Assembly: GCA_043228905.1 (NCBI GenBank)
Contig: JBHGNT010000012.1
Coordinates: forward strand, 11,098,001 to 11,162,000
DNA: 64,000 bases
From: Azolla caroliniana
Taxonomy: Eukaryota; Plantae; Polypodiophyta
Direction of reading: 5' to 3'
Below the pieces are notes generated by a model. That model had not been told where the DNA came from. It saw nothing but the letters and a program-made list of their open reading frames with translations, and searched no databases. Positions 12,621-23,669 of the stretch are shown piece after piece (positions within the stretch are counted from its first letter, which is position 1; the number at the start of each line of letters is the position of its first letter). The position numbers and the translations under genes are program-made.

Positions 12621-13519
12621 GACCTTCCTTCAGAAGAACAGGAGTAGAAGGATACCGTGGGGTTCGCCGGACAAAGCCCTGGCCCACGGGCGTGCCAAGT
12701 GTTACCTAGACAAGTGGGGAAGTGTCGGAGTCGGAGTCGGATTCGGATCGGTATAGAGGATCGATGAGTCAGCATCTGGCTGAAGTAAATTGAAATTGAA
12801 ATTATAAGTTAGTTAAAGATTTTGTAGTTCTTGCCATGTTTGGCAATATGTTTTCTTGATGAGGAAGTCCTTCCGGTTGCCTATAAAAGGAACCGAAGGC
12901 AGTGTAAAGAGCCATTGTTTTATTTAGTAATATAAAGTTAGTTTTAGGAAATCTCTGTGTACGAAATGCTCTGTCAATCTATTTCCTTTCTGTTATAACT
13001 TATTACATAAATAGCGATCACGATGACTGTTGAACATCGATAAGTTTACAACCATTTGTAGTATCTATTCGTCTACACCATAATTCATTGATAGAACATT
13101 TGGTGAGCAACATTCGACCTATACTGTGTCGGCAATAGTTATTGTCGACCGAACAACAAGAATTGCCAGAACCAAGGATAAAAGATAAAGTGATGGAAGA
13201 AGGATATTAGAGAACACGAGAAGAAAGGAACCAAATACTAAGAGAAGAATGGATGTATAAGATAGAGAAAGAAAGAGAATGGATACAAGATATGTAATGA
13301 GAGCTAAAGACTGGTGTTGATTCGAATTGATTTGAGAATACATGTATGCGCTTATTTATAGGTTCCTATAGAATAGCTTAGAGATTTCTAGAATGTTCTA
13401 GAATGTTCTAGAGCTAGAATGCTCTAGGACATTCTAGAACATTCTAGAATAATCTAGAGTTTTTACAATAATCAATGTAATACAAGAAGTAGCTTTTATT
13501 GCTTCATATAACAATAAGC

Positions 13520-13585
13520 TATCTTAATGGTTGAGGTTTTCAAGTATGAATTACAAGGTTCGAGGTTCAAGTCCGGGTGACGCCA
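13520..13585 (+). ncRNA. tRNA-derived Pol III-like cassette (A box + B box + terminal CCA) inside LTR U3; duplicate at 17199-17264
   Basis: TATCTTAATGG, 33 nt, GGTTCAAGTCC...GCCA. No intact cloverleaf, so it is not a functional tRNA. Confidence 0.55.
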
Positions 13586-13597
13586 TAATGGTCATTG

Positions 13598-15586
13598 TCA
13601 TGGCCGAGACAGAGCATCTGCTTTCCCTTGTTGTTTTCCGGGGCGAAAAATGATCTTGAAATCGAAACGCGTTAGAAATTGGGCCCACCGAGTTTGTCGT
13701 CTATTTAATACTCGAGCTGTTTGAAAATATGTGAGATTTTTGTGATCACTATAAATGATAATCTGATGAGGTGATCCTTCTAGAAAATGACGCCATTGCT
13801 CGAATGAGTTGACCACAGTTAGTAACTCCTTGTCATGCACCTCATAGTTTATCTCCGAAACAATAAATTTTCTCGAGTGAAACGCGACTGGATGTATCTG
13901 CCCGTCCTCGCCTGGTTGCGATAGGATACTCCCCAATGCAAAGTCTGATGCATCCGCCTCAATAGTAAATGGCTTTTCAGGATCAATATGTGCTAGGATG
14001 GGTGCTGATGTGAATGCCTCTTTCAGCTGCGTAAAATCCTTGTCCGCTTCGATACTCCAAAAAAATGCTTGATTTTTCTTGGTGAGTTGAGTAAGGGGCA
14101 ACACAATGCTTGAATAATTATGTATGAATTTGCGATAGAAGTTTGCAAATCCGAGGAAACACTGGACATCCCGAACTGAGCATGGGGGTTTCCATTCCAA
14201 TATTGTTTGGACTTTTGCCGGGTCCATGAAAACACCCTCGGATGAAATAGTGTATCCTAAAAATTCGACTTGTTTGCAATCAAAACTGCATTTCTCAAGT
14301 TTGGCGTAAAGACCATACTTCCTTAGGCGTTCAAGTACTTGCCGCACATGTATATCATGCTCCCCCTGTGTTTTAGAGTAAATCAATAGATCATCTAGGT
14401 AGATGATTAGAAAAATATCCAAGAAATCCCAGAAGATGTCATTTGCCATATGTTGGAATACGGTAGGTGCATTTGTGAGCCCGAAAGGCATGACTGTATA
14501 CTCGAAATGACCATACCGAGTACGAAATGTTGTTTTCCACTCATCTCCCGGCCGAATTCGAACAAGATTATATGCACCCCTTAGATCAATTTTGGTAAAA
14601 TGCTTTGCCCCACCAATGCGCTCTAAGAGATTGGAGATTAAAGGTAAAGCATACATATTCCTTATGGTGACTTTATTTAAGCCTCGATAGTCCACGACCA
14701 AACGAAGGGAGCCGTCCTTTTTCTTCACAAAAAAGATAGGAGCACCAGCTGGAGACTTTGAATGTCGAATAAACCCATGTGCAAGATTTTCCTCGATGTA
14801 TGCTCGAAGAACCTCAAGCTCAGTGGGTGATAAATTGTAAATCGGACCCCACGGAGGCTCTTTTCTTGGTTGGAGATCAATAGGACAGTCGTACGGCCGA
14901 TGCTTTGGAAGAACACTAGCTTTGACTTTGTCGAAAACATCAGCATAGTCTTGATATTTTTTGGGAATTTGGATGTCTGAATTCCCTTGAGTGACACTAG
15001 AAGGTGTCACTGATACTGCAAATAAGAAAAGGTCCTCCTTGCCTCCCACTTGGTGCAATTGTTGCTTTTCATCTGAAATTTGATGAGAAGGATATGGTGC
15101 ATCGGTAGAACTATATACTTTGGGAGGATAATCCCGAGTTCGACCCTTGACAATGATATTTTCTGCTAAAGGGCACCTAATTTCTCGCTTCCTCCAATCG
15201 ATTCTAGGGTTATGTAGCTCGAACCATGGCAAACCGAGGACAATTGGATGCTCAGGACTACGGATTATGTTAAAGGAAACTACACATCCTAAATCACCCA
15301 AGAGTATGTGTATTGGCTCAGACTCTTCAAATATCTTCCCGGAAGCTATGGGGCGTCCATCAATCACTACTACGGAAACTAGACAAGGAAGTGTATGCAA
15401 GGATATTTGGTGTTTTTGGGCAAAATCTCTATCCATGAAACAAGAATTGGCTCCGGTATCTAAGAGGGCTTGGACTTGAAGTTGACAACTGGGTGTCCTA
15501 ACTTGTACTAGGGTTGAGAAGACTCTACTAACATGCTTGGAAGAAATGGAACCCACACTAGGTTGTACATATCTAGGGTTGTCCAA
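13598..15586 (-). CDS. pol: Pol: protease-RT-RNase H, ending before integrase
   Basis: LLDTGA protease, YLDDLL RT and EADASD RH; the ORF stops at KADALSRP directly at the 3' LTR. Confidence 0.93.
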   Translation of the reverse strand: MDNPRYVQPSVGSISSKHVSRVFSTLVQVRTPSCQLQVQALLDTGANSCFMDRDFAQKHQISLHTLPCLVSVVVIDGRPIASGKIFEESEPIHILLGDLGCVVSFNIIRSPEHPIVLGLPWFELHNPRIDWRKREIRCPLAENIIVKGRTRDYPPKVYSSTDAPYPSHQISDEKQQLHQVGGKEDLFLFAVSVTPSSVTQGNSDIQIPKKYQDYADVFDKVKASVLPKHRPYDCPIDLQPRKEPPWGPIYNLSPTELEVLRAYIEENLAHGFIRHSKSPAGAPIFFVKKKDGSLRLVVDYRGLNKVTIRNMYALPLISNLLERIGGAKHFTKIDLRGAYNLVRIRPGDEWKTTFRTRYGHFEYTVMPFGLTNAPTVFQHMANDIFWDFLDIFLIIYLDDLLIYSKTQGEHDIHVRQVLERLRKYGLYAKLEKCSFDCKQVEFLGYTISSEGVFMDPAKVQTILEWKPPCSVRDVQCFLGFANFYRKFIHNYSSIVLPLTQLTKKNQAFFWSIEADKDFTQLKEAFTSAPILAHIDPEKPFTIEADASDFALGSILSQPGEDGQIHPVAFHSRKFIVSEINYEVHDKELLTVVNSFEQWRHFLEGSPHQIIIYSDHKNLTYFQTARVLNRRQTRWAQFLTRFDFKIIFRPGKQQGKADALSRP

Positions 15587-15612
15587 CCAAATGGCTCCTA
15601 TTTTGGCCGGAC

Positions 15613-16776
15613 TTATTCGTTTGACTCCTCTTCTAATTGGCTTAGGACCTCAAATTTATTGGACAAGGGTGGATTATTCATAATATTCGATTCACTAACT
15701 ACTTCTAAAATGTTGGACTCATTTTTATTATCATAGTGAATTTGATTTACCTGACGTCTCGGCCTACGGGAGCAATGAATGGCTATATGTCCTGGACCTC
15801 CACAATATAAGCACAGATGGTTTGCTCGACGACGTTGCTTCTCTTCGTCTGACAATGGTCCTCGTCGTTGAGTCATATCGATCTCCATGGGTGTAGAACT
15901 ATCCATTGGGACTGGACTACGTGTTTGCCTTGGAGTTGGAGCAGGGCTATACATTTGCCTTGGGGATGATTGCGCCGTTACTGATGCATAAGTTGGTGTG
16001 AATCTAGATCTCGTTATTTGTTGTTGTCGCTCACATCGACGCTCAAAAAGGCGATTATCACACCGTATTGCTCGACTAATAGCTTCTGTAAGTGACCTTG
16101 GATCCTCGGGGAAGGTAATAAGTAAGTCTTTGACATCACTACGAAGGCCTGAACGGAATTGCTCCATTAGGGCTTGTTCATCCCAAGGAATATCGCTTGC
16201 GATGAGATGGAAATTGGCAGCATATGTTGAAGCTAGTTGATCACCTTGACGAAGTGTACGAATCTTGTTGATAGTTGTTCTCGCCCCATCAGTATCTCCG
16301 AAACAAGCCTTAAATTCCTTGATAAATTCCTCGAAATTATTCAGTAGAGGAGAATTGGTCTCTAGCAATGGAGCAAACCACGACAACGCTATGCCAGTCA
16401 ATAAAGTGCCCACTAGCCCGACTCGTGATGCATCTGTTGGATAACATGCGGGATGCATTTGAATCACCAACCGTACTTGATTCAAAAAACCTCGGAAATG
16501 CGCCCTCGACCCATCAAATTTAGTTGGGAGGCTAATTTTGGGCTCCTTGATAAGTCCCTGACCTTCAACCCTTTGTTGTTGTAACACGATGATTGTCGAC
16601 TCTAACTGTTGCACTCGTCGCGTGAACTCCTCTTGTTGTTGTTGCTTCTCTATAGTAACCTTTTGTAGATCCCCAAGTAGACGTTGATTCTCTACTTCAA
16701 GAGATGCAAACTTGGATTTAAGGTTCTCCATTTCTGCAACAAGGGTGAGATATTCTTCTAAGTTAATGGCAGCCAT
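15613..16776 (-). CDS. gag: Gag (PEG10/Tf2-like, CCHC zinc knuckle)
   Basis: 387-aa ORF with EPKISLPTKFDG, LRQG and CLYCGGPGHIAIHC. Confidence 0.93.
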   Translation of the reverse strand: MAAINLEEYLTLVAEMENLKSKFASLEVENQRLLGDLQKVTIEKQQQQEEFTRRVQQLESTIIVLQQQRVEGQGLIKEPKISLPTKFDGSRAHFRGFLNQVRLVIQMHPACYPTDASRVGLVGTLLTGIALSWFAPLLETNSPLLNNFEEFIKEFKACFGDTDGARTTINKIRTLRQGDQLASTYAANFHLIASDIPWDEQALMEQFRSGLRSDVKDLLITFPEDPRSLTEAISRAIRCDNRLFERRCERQQQITRSRFTPTYASVTAQSSPRQMYSPAPTPRQTRSPVPMDSSTPMEIDMTQRRGPLSDEEKQRRRANHLCLYCGGPGHIAIHCSRRPRRQVNQIHYDNKNESNILEVVSESNIMNNPPLSNKFEVLSQLEEESNE

Positions 16777-16801
16777 GGTTTCAGGATGGTTACAAAGGAG
16801 G

Positions 16802-16843
<42 letters not shown>

Positions 16844-17291
16844 GAATCAAACTGTCAAAACCAAGGATAAAAGATAGAGTGATGGAAGAAGGATATTAGA
16901 GAACACGAGAAGAAAGGAACCAAATACTAAGAGAAGAATGGATGTATAAGATAGAGAAAGAAAGAGAATGGATACAAGATATGTAATGAGAGCTAAAGAC
17001 TGGTGTTGATTCGAATTGATTTGAGAATACATGTATGCGCTTATTTATAGGTTCCTATAGAATAGCTTAGAGATTTCTAGAATGTTCTAGACCTAGAATG
17101 CTCTAGGACATTCTAGAACATTCTAGAATAATCTAGAGTTTTTACAATAATCAATGTAATACAAGAAGTAGCTTTTATTGTTTCATATAACAATAAGCTA
17201 TCTTAATGGTTGAGGTTTTCAAGTATGAATTACAAGGTTCGAGGTTCAAGTCTGGGTGACGCCATAATGGTCATGTATTCATGACAAGAAT

Positions 17292-20200
17292 TGTTCCAGT
17301 TCGCGCCACAACTGGTGCAGCCAGGACCGGAGAGGGTCAGTCTCCCGGTGTCCATCTCTTCCTCGTCCGAGACCCCCGTGGTCCCGCCCCTTTCGACACA
17401 TACTCGCGGATTACGGCGACATCTTTGGTGAACCCGACATGAAAGAGCAGCAAGGGAGGATGGAATTGGAAGACGAAGACTTCACGGAGATGGTGGCCTA
17501 AGTGGTGAAGGAGTTCAGACGAGTGACGATAATACGGGAAGTGGCGTAGCAATCTATTGAGTGAGTGGTCGAAAGAGTTAGTCGTTTCAACGGGGACAAA
17601 GTCCCATTCTACTTGGAAGCCTACAACACAAAAATGGAGGTGTGAAGCATAGACGAGGTGTTGAGGCTAGAGTTCTTCTGTCGGGTCGTCGTTGTCCGTA
17701 TACACGCGGAAGTAAAGGAGCTCCGAGAAGCTCATAGTTTGTGGGAGGCCTTTGAAGAGGCGCTCCTGTAGGCATACGGAGGACGGCGGAAGAGTCGTGG
17801 ATGATGCGACTTCGACCAGTGGGTTGCATCAGCGTAGACCCACCGGGGCACAACGAAGGCGTTCCGAGAGTTTGAGCGGCGGCTTGCTCTGCTCCCGGAG
17901 CGGGAGCAAAGGCTGGTGGGGGTGGACAAAGTCCTGTTGTTCGTTAGGTCATTCAACCAAGCGGAATGGGAGGCCATTGGAATTGAGCTCGAAGACGATG
18001 ACGGAGCGAATGGCCTTACCGAGGACTGGTCGGAAGTCAAACGAGTATGTCGACGATTGGATGAGGAGCGGTCCGCAAAGGGAAAAAGGAAGATAACGTG
18101 CAACATCATGTCATCATGGCACGAAGCGGGCACGCAACAAGAAGGATCGGTGAAGCTCGATATCGAAGCCTTGGTCTGAGAAGCGTACGAGGATCTGAAG
18201 GCGATGGTCGACGAAGAAGAGATATCCAGCACGCGGCCGGATTCCGAAGACTCGGAGCTAGTCGGCCTTCCGAACAAAGCGGACATGGCCTAGGCAAAGG
18301 CCGAAGAATGGTACGACAGTACCGCGGGAGAAGGTGTGGAGCGAGACGCCCTCTCGACTTGCGAAGAAAGACTGGTTGAGGAGGAGGTCGGGAGCGGAGA
18401 AGAGCCCTCCACGCGGATTCCGATGACTCCGGCAGTCGACCCCGTGTGCCGGCATAAGACTAGAGAGATGGAAGGCGCCAGCGAGGAGTCCTAGCACGAT
18501 GCTAGTGAAGATGGATGGGAAACGGCCTGCGAGGAGGTCGAGGACAGAGCCGCAGCAAAGAAGAAGGACGAGATGAGAGGTGGCACCGAGGGGAGCAGAA
18601 TCGGAAGTCGACCCGACCAGGAATCAAACTGGTCGGCATTCCGATTCGGTTGGAGCACGATCCAGATGTGTGGGTCATTCAACTGAAACCCGGCCCGAGA
18701 CACGGAAGAGACAAGGGAGAGGCAGTAGAGCCGATCAAACAAGGGTTGGGTTCGGTATGAAGGTGCAGATATGGGAGAGGGTGCAGGACGAGCCGCCCTC
18801 TTTTACATGGGGAGAAAGATCGATCGGGCAAAGGTCGGGAATCAGGAAGAAGATGATGGAGGGTATGGAACAAGTCCAGCAGGATCGGCATCGGAGCCGA
18901 AACTCCAGACATTGGAGAATCAAGCCCAGGCGGGGCTTGATCGATCATAGAGCGGATGCTTTCCACCGACACCACTAAAAGGGTTGGTGGCCTCAGACAA
19001 GTTGCCGAGAGTCGTTTCGGAATTGGTATCCCCACATCTCATCCAGAGACTCCAACAGCTGGCTTGAGAGCCGGCATGAAACCTAGAGAGAAGGAAGATG
19101 GAGGCGGGAGCACAACAAGGAGCTCGAAGACGAGTTCGAGAGAAGTACATCGGATGTGGAAAAATTGAAGACCGGTCCTATGGGTCACCTCACACCGGGC
19201 TAGAGACTTTGGCGGTTGGCATCGGATCCGACGTAAGACCAAGATATTGACGGCGGCGGCAGGAGAATGGGACCCAGCAATGTAGAGTGACGAACGTACT
19301 CGGACGAGAACCAGGCATAGCAGACTTCCGGATAACCGATCCGAAGGGGAGGAAGAGATAGGCCTACGGGGAGGCCGGAACACGGTACATCGGTACCATG
19401 GGAGAGGGTGTGGAGCGAGCCACCCTTTCAACTTGAGGAGAAGGACGACCTGGGATAGGGTCAGGAAAGACGAGAGGCCCTACGAGGATCCTTCACACCA
19501 GGCTAGAGACTTCGGTAGTCGGCAATGGAACCGACGTAAGACCAAGAGACTGACAATGGCAGCGAGGGGGCGAGGGCAAAGGCAACGATGGGACGGTCCT
19601 ACAACGATCCTCACACAGGGCTAGAGACTTCGGCAGTCGGCATCGGATCCGACATAAGACCAAGATACTGACGTTGATGGTAGGTGAACGGGATCCGACA
19701 AAGAAGTACAAAATGAAGAGCGGAATGAGAAGCGTGCAATATGGTCGTGTAAGGGCCAAGTAGCGAGCACGGAGGGGATCAACAGTGGTGGGGAGAGACG
19801 GTAGAGGCGGGTGACTTGAAGTATGGGTCCTCCACACTCGTTCCCAAGACTTAGGTGGTTGCGTCCGAGAACCAACGAAAGACCTAAGAGACGGAAAGTG
19901 GCGGCGAGGATGTGGAGGTCACGGCCTTTACAAGTGACGGAAGTGGAGGAACGACGACCGGTCCTATGGGTCACCTCACACCGGGCCAGAGACTTCGGCC
20001 GTCGGCATTGAAATCTGACGTAAGATCAAGATACTGACGGTGGCGGCATGAGAACGGGATCCGGTAATGCAGAGAGAGGTCAGACGAGCCCGAATGAGGA
20101 CCGGAAGACAACGCGGAAGAAGATTGGAGTGGGGGCTAGTCAACCGAGCCCAAACCGAAGAAGAGCCGGCAAGATGGGGATTGTTCGGCCAAACCCGTAC

Positions 20201-21911
20201 CGGCCGGTTATGATCTTGTTTCCTTAAAAAGAGCAAAAAGAACATAATAAATTTTCCAGAAAGCTGGAGAAAGAAGTACCTATTTCTACTGATGTTGTTT
20301 GAGAAATGGCATGGAAGTGAAGTAATTTTATGAGGAGTTGATGTGGCTATTAGTTCAGTTGATATGCCTAGAGTCTAGAATAATTAGAAATTCCTCTTTA
20401 GAAAAACAACTTCGAATCAAGATTGCTCCCCCCCAAGACATACTTACTACATCATGTAATATTTTCCTCTAACAGCATGTAGAAAGTCCTACCAACATCA
20501 TGGAAGAGAGCCGACCAAACCGGAACCCGATCGGCCCGGTCGATACCGATCCGGGCAAGGGCTATGCCGACATGATTGGAGGTCGAGGTACACGAGCGAC
20601 GACTATGATCCGGTGGGAGACCGGGAACAAGAGGAACCCTCCACACCTATTCTAGAGACTTCGGCAGTTGTGGATCAATGTAAGACCGGAGAGACGGCGG
20701 GTGGCAGCGAGGAGTCGGAGGCCGGAGCGGATGAGGTTACCGGAATGGGTATCCGGTGCAGAAAGACGGACGAGCGGGGCCAATAGGGCCAAATGGAGCC
20801 GGAAAGGACTACGACGACGAAGGAAGAAGAGGCCGACACGGAGGTCGGGACTACGACGAGTGAAGGGCGTGAAACAGAGCATGCACTATGGCCGGCAAAG
20901 GGGCAAGAAACAAGCATGCACCCGGAAGAGCAGCAACGAGTGACCGGTGATAGTGGTCCGGTCGGGCCTTTGAGAGGCAAGCATGAGTCGGGAAGGCGGT
21001 CGGGTGCCAGGACGACGGAGAACCCGGTTGATCACCATCGCCGAAATCTCTCACCTATTCCTTTCATGGCACATACCGGTGTATGTGCAGTTTGGTGGGG
21101 GTGGATGTCGTGAAGATTTCCGGCTTTTGTGTGAAACCGGGATGGAATGGGCAAGTCGGCAATGTGCAACATGTGCACATGTATAGTAGGAAAATGGTGT
21201 ATAGAATAAGGGGGAGAATTTATCCCATATTGTAACATCCCTCCCTCCTTGGGCTATAAAAGGAAGGGAGGGGTCCCTTGTAAAAGGGTTGCCCATTTTG
21301 AGTTAGGAGGGTATACCATTAGGTCCAAGGTATGATAATCTTTCTTCTTTTTACTTTCTTGTTTTCTGTTAGGGTTCTTCGAGTTCTTCTTCTTCTTCGT
21401 CGTCATGTGGGTTGAGTCTTCGTGTTTGTTTAGGGTTTAGTACGGTTAGGAGCTCGTATGTCTAAAGGGGTTTAGGCTTCTACCTTGTCTCCTGTGCAAG
21501 ACCCCGCTCGGCACGACGAACCCGAGATCTCCCCGATCGGTGGCTTGGCAGCAAACTGTTGTTGTAAGCTAACCTACCTTGGTCCGGCTTGAAGCCAGGG
21601 TTGCATTTTACTCTTGTACATATATAGTGAAGTTTTGTGCATCTGTGTTTGTGTCTGCATCTTCAAAGTTTCTTCTTTCCTTTTCTGTACATAAGTAGTG
21701 TGCGTTGAGTCGGTGTTCCATGTATTCTTTGTCTCTCTCTCCCTCTCTCGTGTTCGAGAGCCTTCGGTATGCATCTGGAATCGTTTCGGTTCGTACCACA
21801 ACCGATGCAGTCGGGACCGGAGAGGGTCGGTCTCACGGCATCCATCTCTTCCTCGTCCGAGACCCCCGTGGTCCCGCCCCTTTCGACACATACTCGCGGA
21901 TTACCGCGACA
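17292..21911 (+). mobile_element. Non-autonomous gag-only LTR element, tRNA-Trp primed (copy A, degraded); partial 5' LTR to 17421, 3' LTR 21106-21911
   Basis: The LTR end ...GGCGACA is followed by PBS TGGTGAACCCGACATGAA (17426-17443) and a degenerate gag-like start. PPT GGTGGGGGTGGA precedes TGTCGTGAAG. No pol motifs. Confidence 0.8.
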
Positions 21912-23669
21912 TTGTGGCGAGAGAAGATCTAGATGGACGTAAAGACGGCATTCCTACACAGAGATCTGGAAGAAGACATATATAGGTCTCAACTGGCAAC
22001 CTTCACGGCGACGGGGGAGGATAGTCACCTTGTATGTCGACTAAAGAAAAGTCTATATGGCCTAAAACAAGCGCTGAGAATGTGGTACCAAAAGTTTGAG
22101 TCCTACATACGGCAACTTGGATACAATGGATTGGACTCTGAGCCATGCATGTATGTTAGGCAACTGGCCGACGAGTCAAGGATCTATCTGATCCTATACG
22201 TCGACGACATGTTGATTGCAAGAAGCAATCAAGCAGAGATCGGTAAGCTAAAGCGGAACCTTCACACAAAGTTGGCAATGAAGGAACTCAGACAAGCCCA
22301 ACATATACTGGGCATGAGGATAGAGTGAAATCGGACGACCAAAACTCTTCGACTCTCCCAATCCGAATACATCCACAAGGTGTTGAAGCGCTTCAACATG
22401 GAGAATGCGAAGCTAGCACCGACACCGCTTCCGATGTCAAACAGACTATCGGACAGAGACTCTCCCGCAACGGACAAGGAGAGAGAGCTTAATGGAAAGA
22501 TACCATGTGCATTGGCACTAGGAAGTATCATGTACGCAATGGTGGCCTATGTCGTAGGGGTGGTCAGTCGGTACATGTCAAACCCAGGAAAGAAGCATTG
22601 GGAGGACGTCCAGCACATCCTTAGGTATCTAAAAGGAACCTTGAATGCACAGCTGACTTTCGGATTGACAACCTCAACCAAAGTCAAAGGCTACACCGAT
22701 TCCGACTACACTGGAAACACAGATAATCGGAAATTGACATCAGGCTACATCTTCACATATGGTGGCGGTGCGATATCATGGAGGTCGAAACTTCCAGAGT
22801 GCACGGCTCTCTCTACCACAGAAGTTGAGTACATAGCAACATCAGAAGCACCGAAGGAAGCGATCAGGCTGCACCAATTGACTGCCGACTTCGGAACTGC
22901 AAACCGAAACAACCGACCAACGCCGACCATCTATTGCGACTCACAGAGCGCAATACACCTCATCAACAATCCCGTCTATCATGCGAAGACGAAGCACATT
23001 GAGGTGCGGTATCATCATATCTAGGAGCTCGTGAGCGAGAAGAAACTTGAAATTCGGAAGATCGACACCGAGGTGAACATTGCCGATTGCCTGACGAAAC
23101 CACTCCCAGATCTACGCTTTAGAACACTAAGGACGAAAATGGGGCTACGACAAGAGACCGAGCAAAAGAAAGCTAAACGATGAGCAGAAGGTAAGATTTG
23201 ATCAGAACAGTAATGACACTTCCTATACATCTGCCGACTCGGCTGCATGCCGACCGACTTGTAACATATAAACTTAGATCAATTTTGTAATCTAGGCTTA
23301 CGGGGAGATAACCCCAAATACTTGTACATGCAAGAAAGAGTAGTCCTTTTACGAGGGAGTTTGTTGGCATAAAATGCCGACTCCTTCCAAATTGTATCCA
23401 TCCGAGTGTGAACTCGTTAATAAGTTAGGGCTTAGTATAAAAGCGAATACCTAACATTGTAATGAGTGATGAGGAGAAGAGTATTGTATCTCTAAGTGAG
23501 AACGAAGTAATAAGAAGCTTTCCATTAAAGCTCGATCTACTGTCTTCAGTCTTCATTCACTATATTTTCTGTGTGTTGTTTTCTGAGCATAAGCGAATAG
23601 GTCCTCAAACGTTTCCGCATATATATATACATACATATATATATATACCGACATTTAGTGCCACCAACA
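21912..23669 (+). mobile_element. Ty1/copia 3' fragment (RT-RNase H) with 3' LTR 23362-23669
   Basis: MDVKTAFL, KSLYGLKQA, LYVDDM and KTKHIEVRYH motifs; GAGGGAG PPT followed by TGTTGG...CCAACA. Confidence 0.9.

Larger units (their letters stand above)
7068..13158 (+). mobile_element. 5'-truncated non-chromoviral Ty3/gypsy element: RT-RNaseH-INT, accessory ORF, 3' LTR (12700-13158)
   Basis: RT FMKVFLDDFAVYS, RH VFVDASDIAIG and INT LEPFQKWGLDF/TPYYPQANG. The LTR has TGTT...AACA termini and CTATAAAAGG at ~12881. Confidence 0.85.
13164..17286 (-). mobile_element. Tcn1/Tf1-sushi-like chromoviral gypsy element with integrase deleted; LTRs 16853-17286 (5') and 13164-~13594 (3')
   Basis: Near-identical LTRs, 5-bp TSD AGAAT (13159-13163 / 17287-17291), intact gag and PR-RT-RH. 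Confidence 0.95.

Noticed and set aside
13095-13120. AACA-TT-TGGTGAGC, resembling an LTR end plus PBS
   Set aside because: No recognisable tRNA match beyond a few bases, and it lies inside the inferred LTR.
17580-21050. Many overlapping Arg/Pro/Ser-rich ORFs on both strands
   Set aside because: Expected in GC-rich repetitive retroelement interior; no domain signal.
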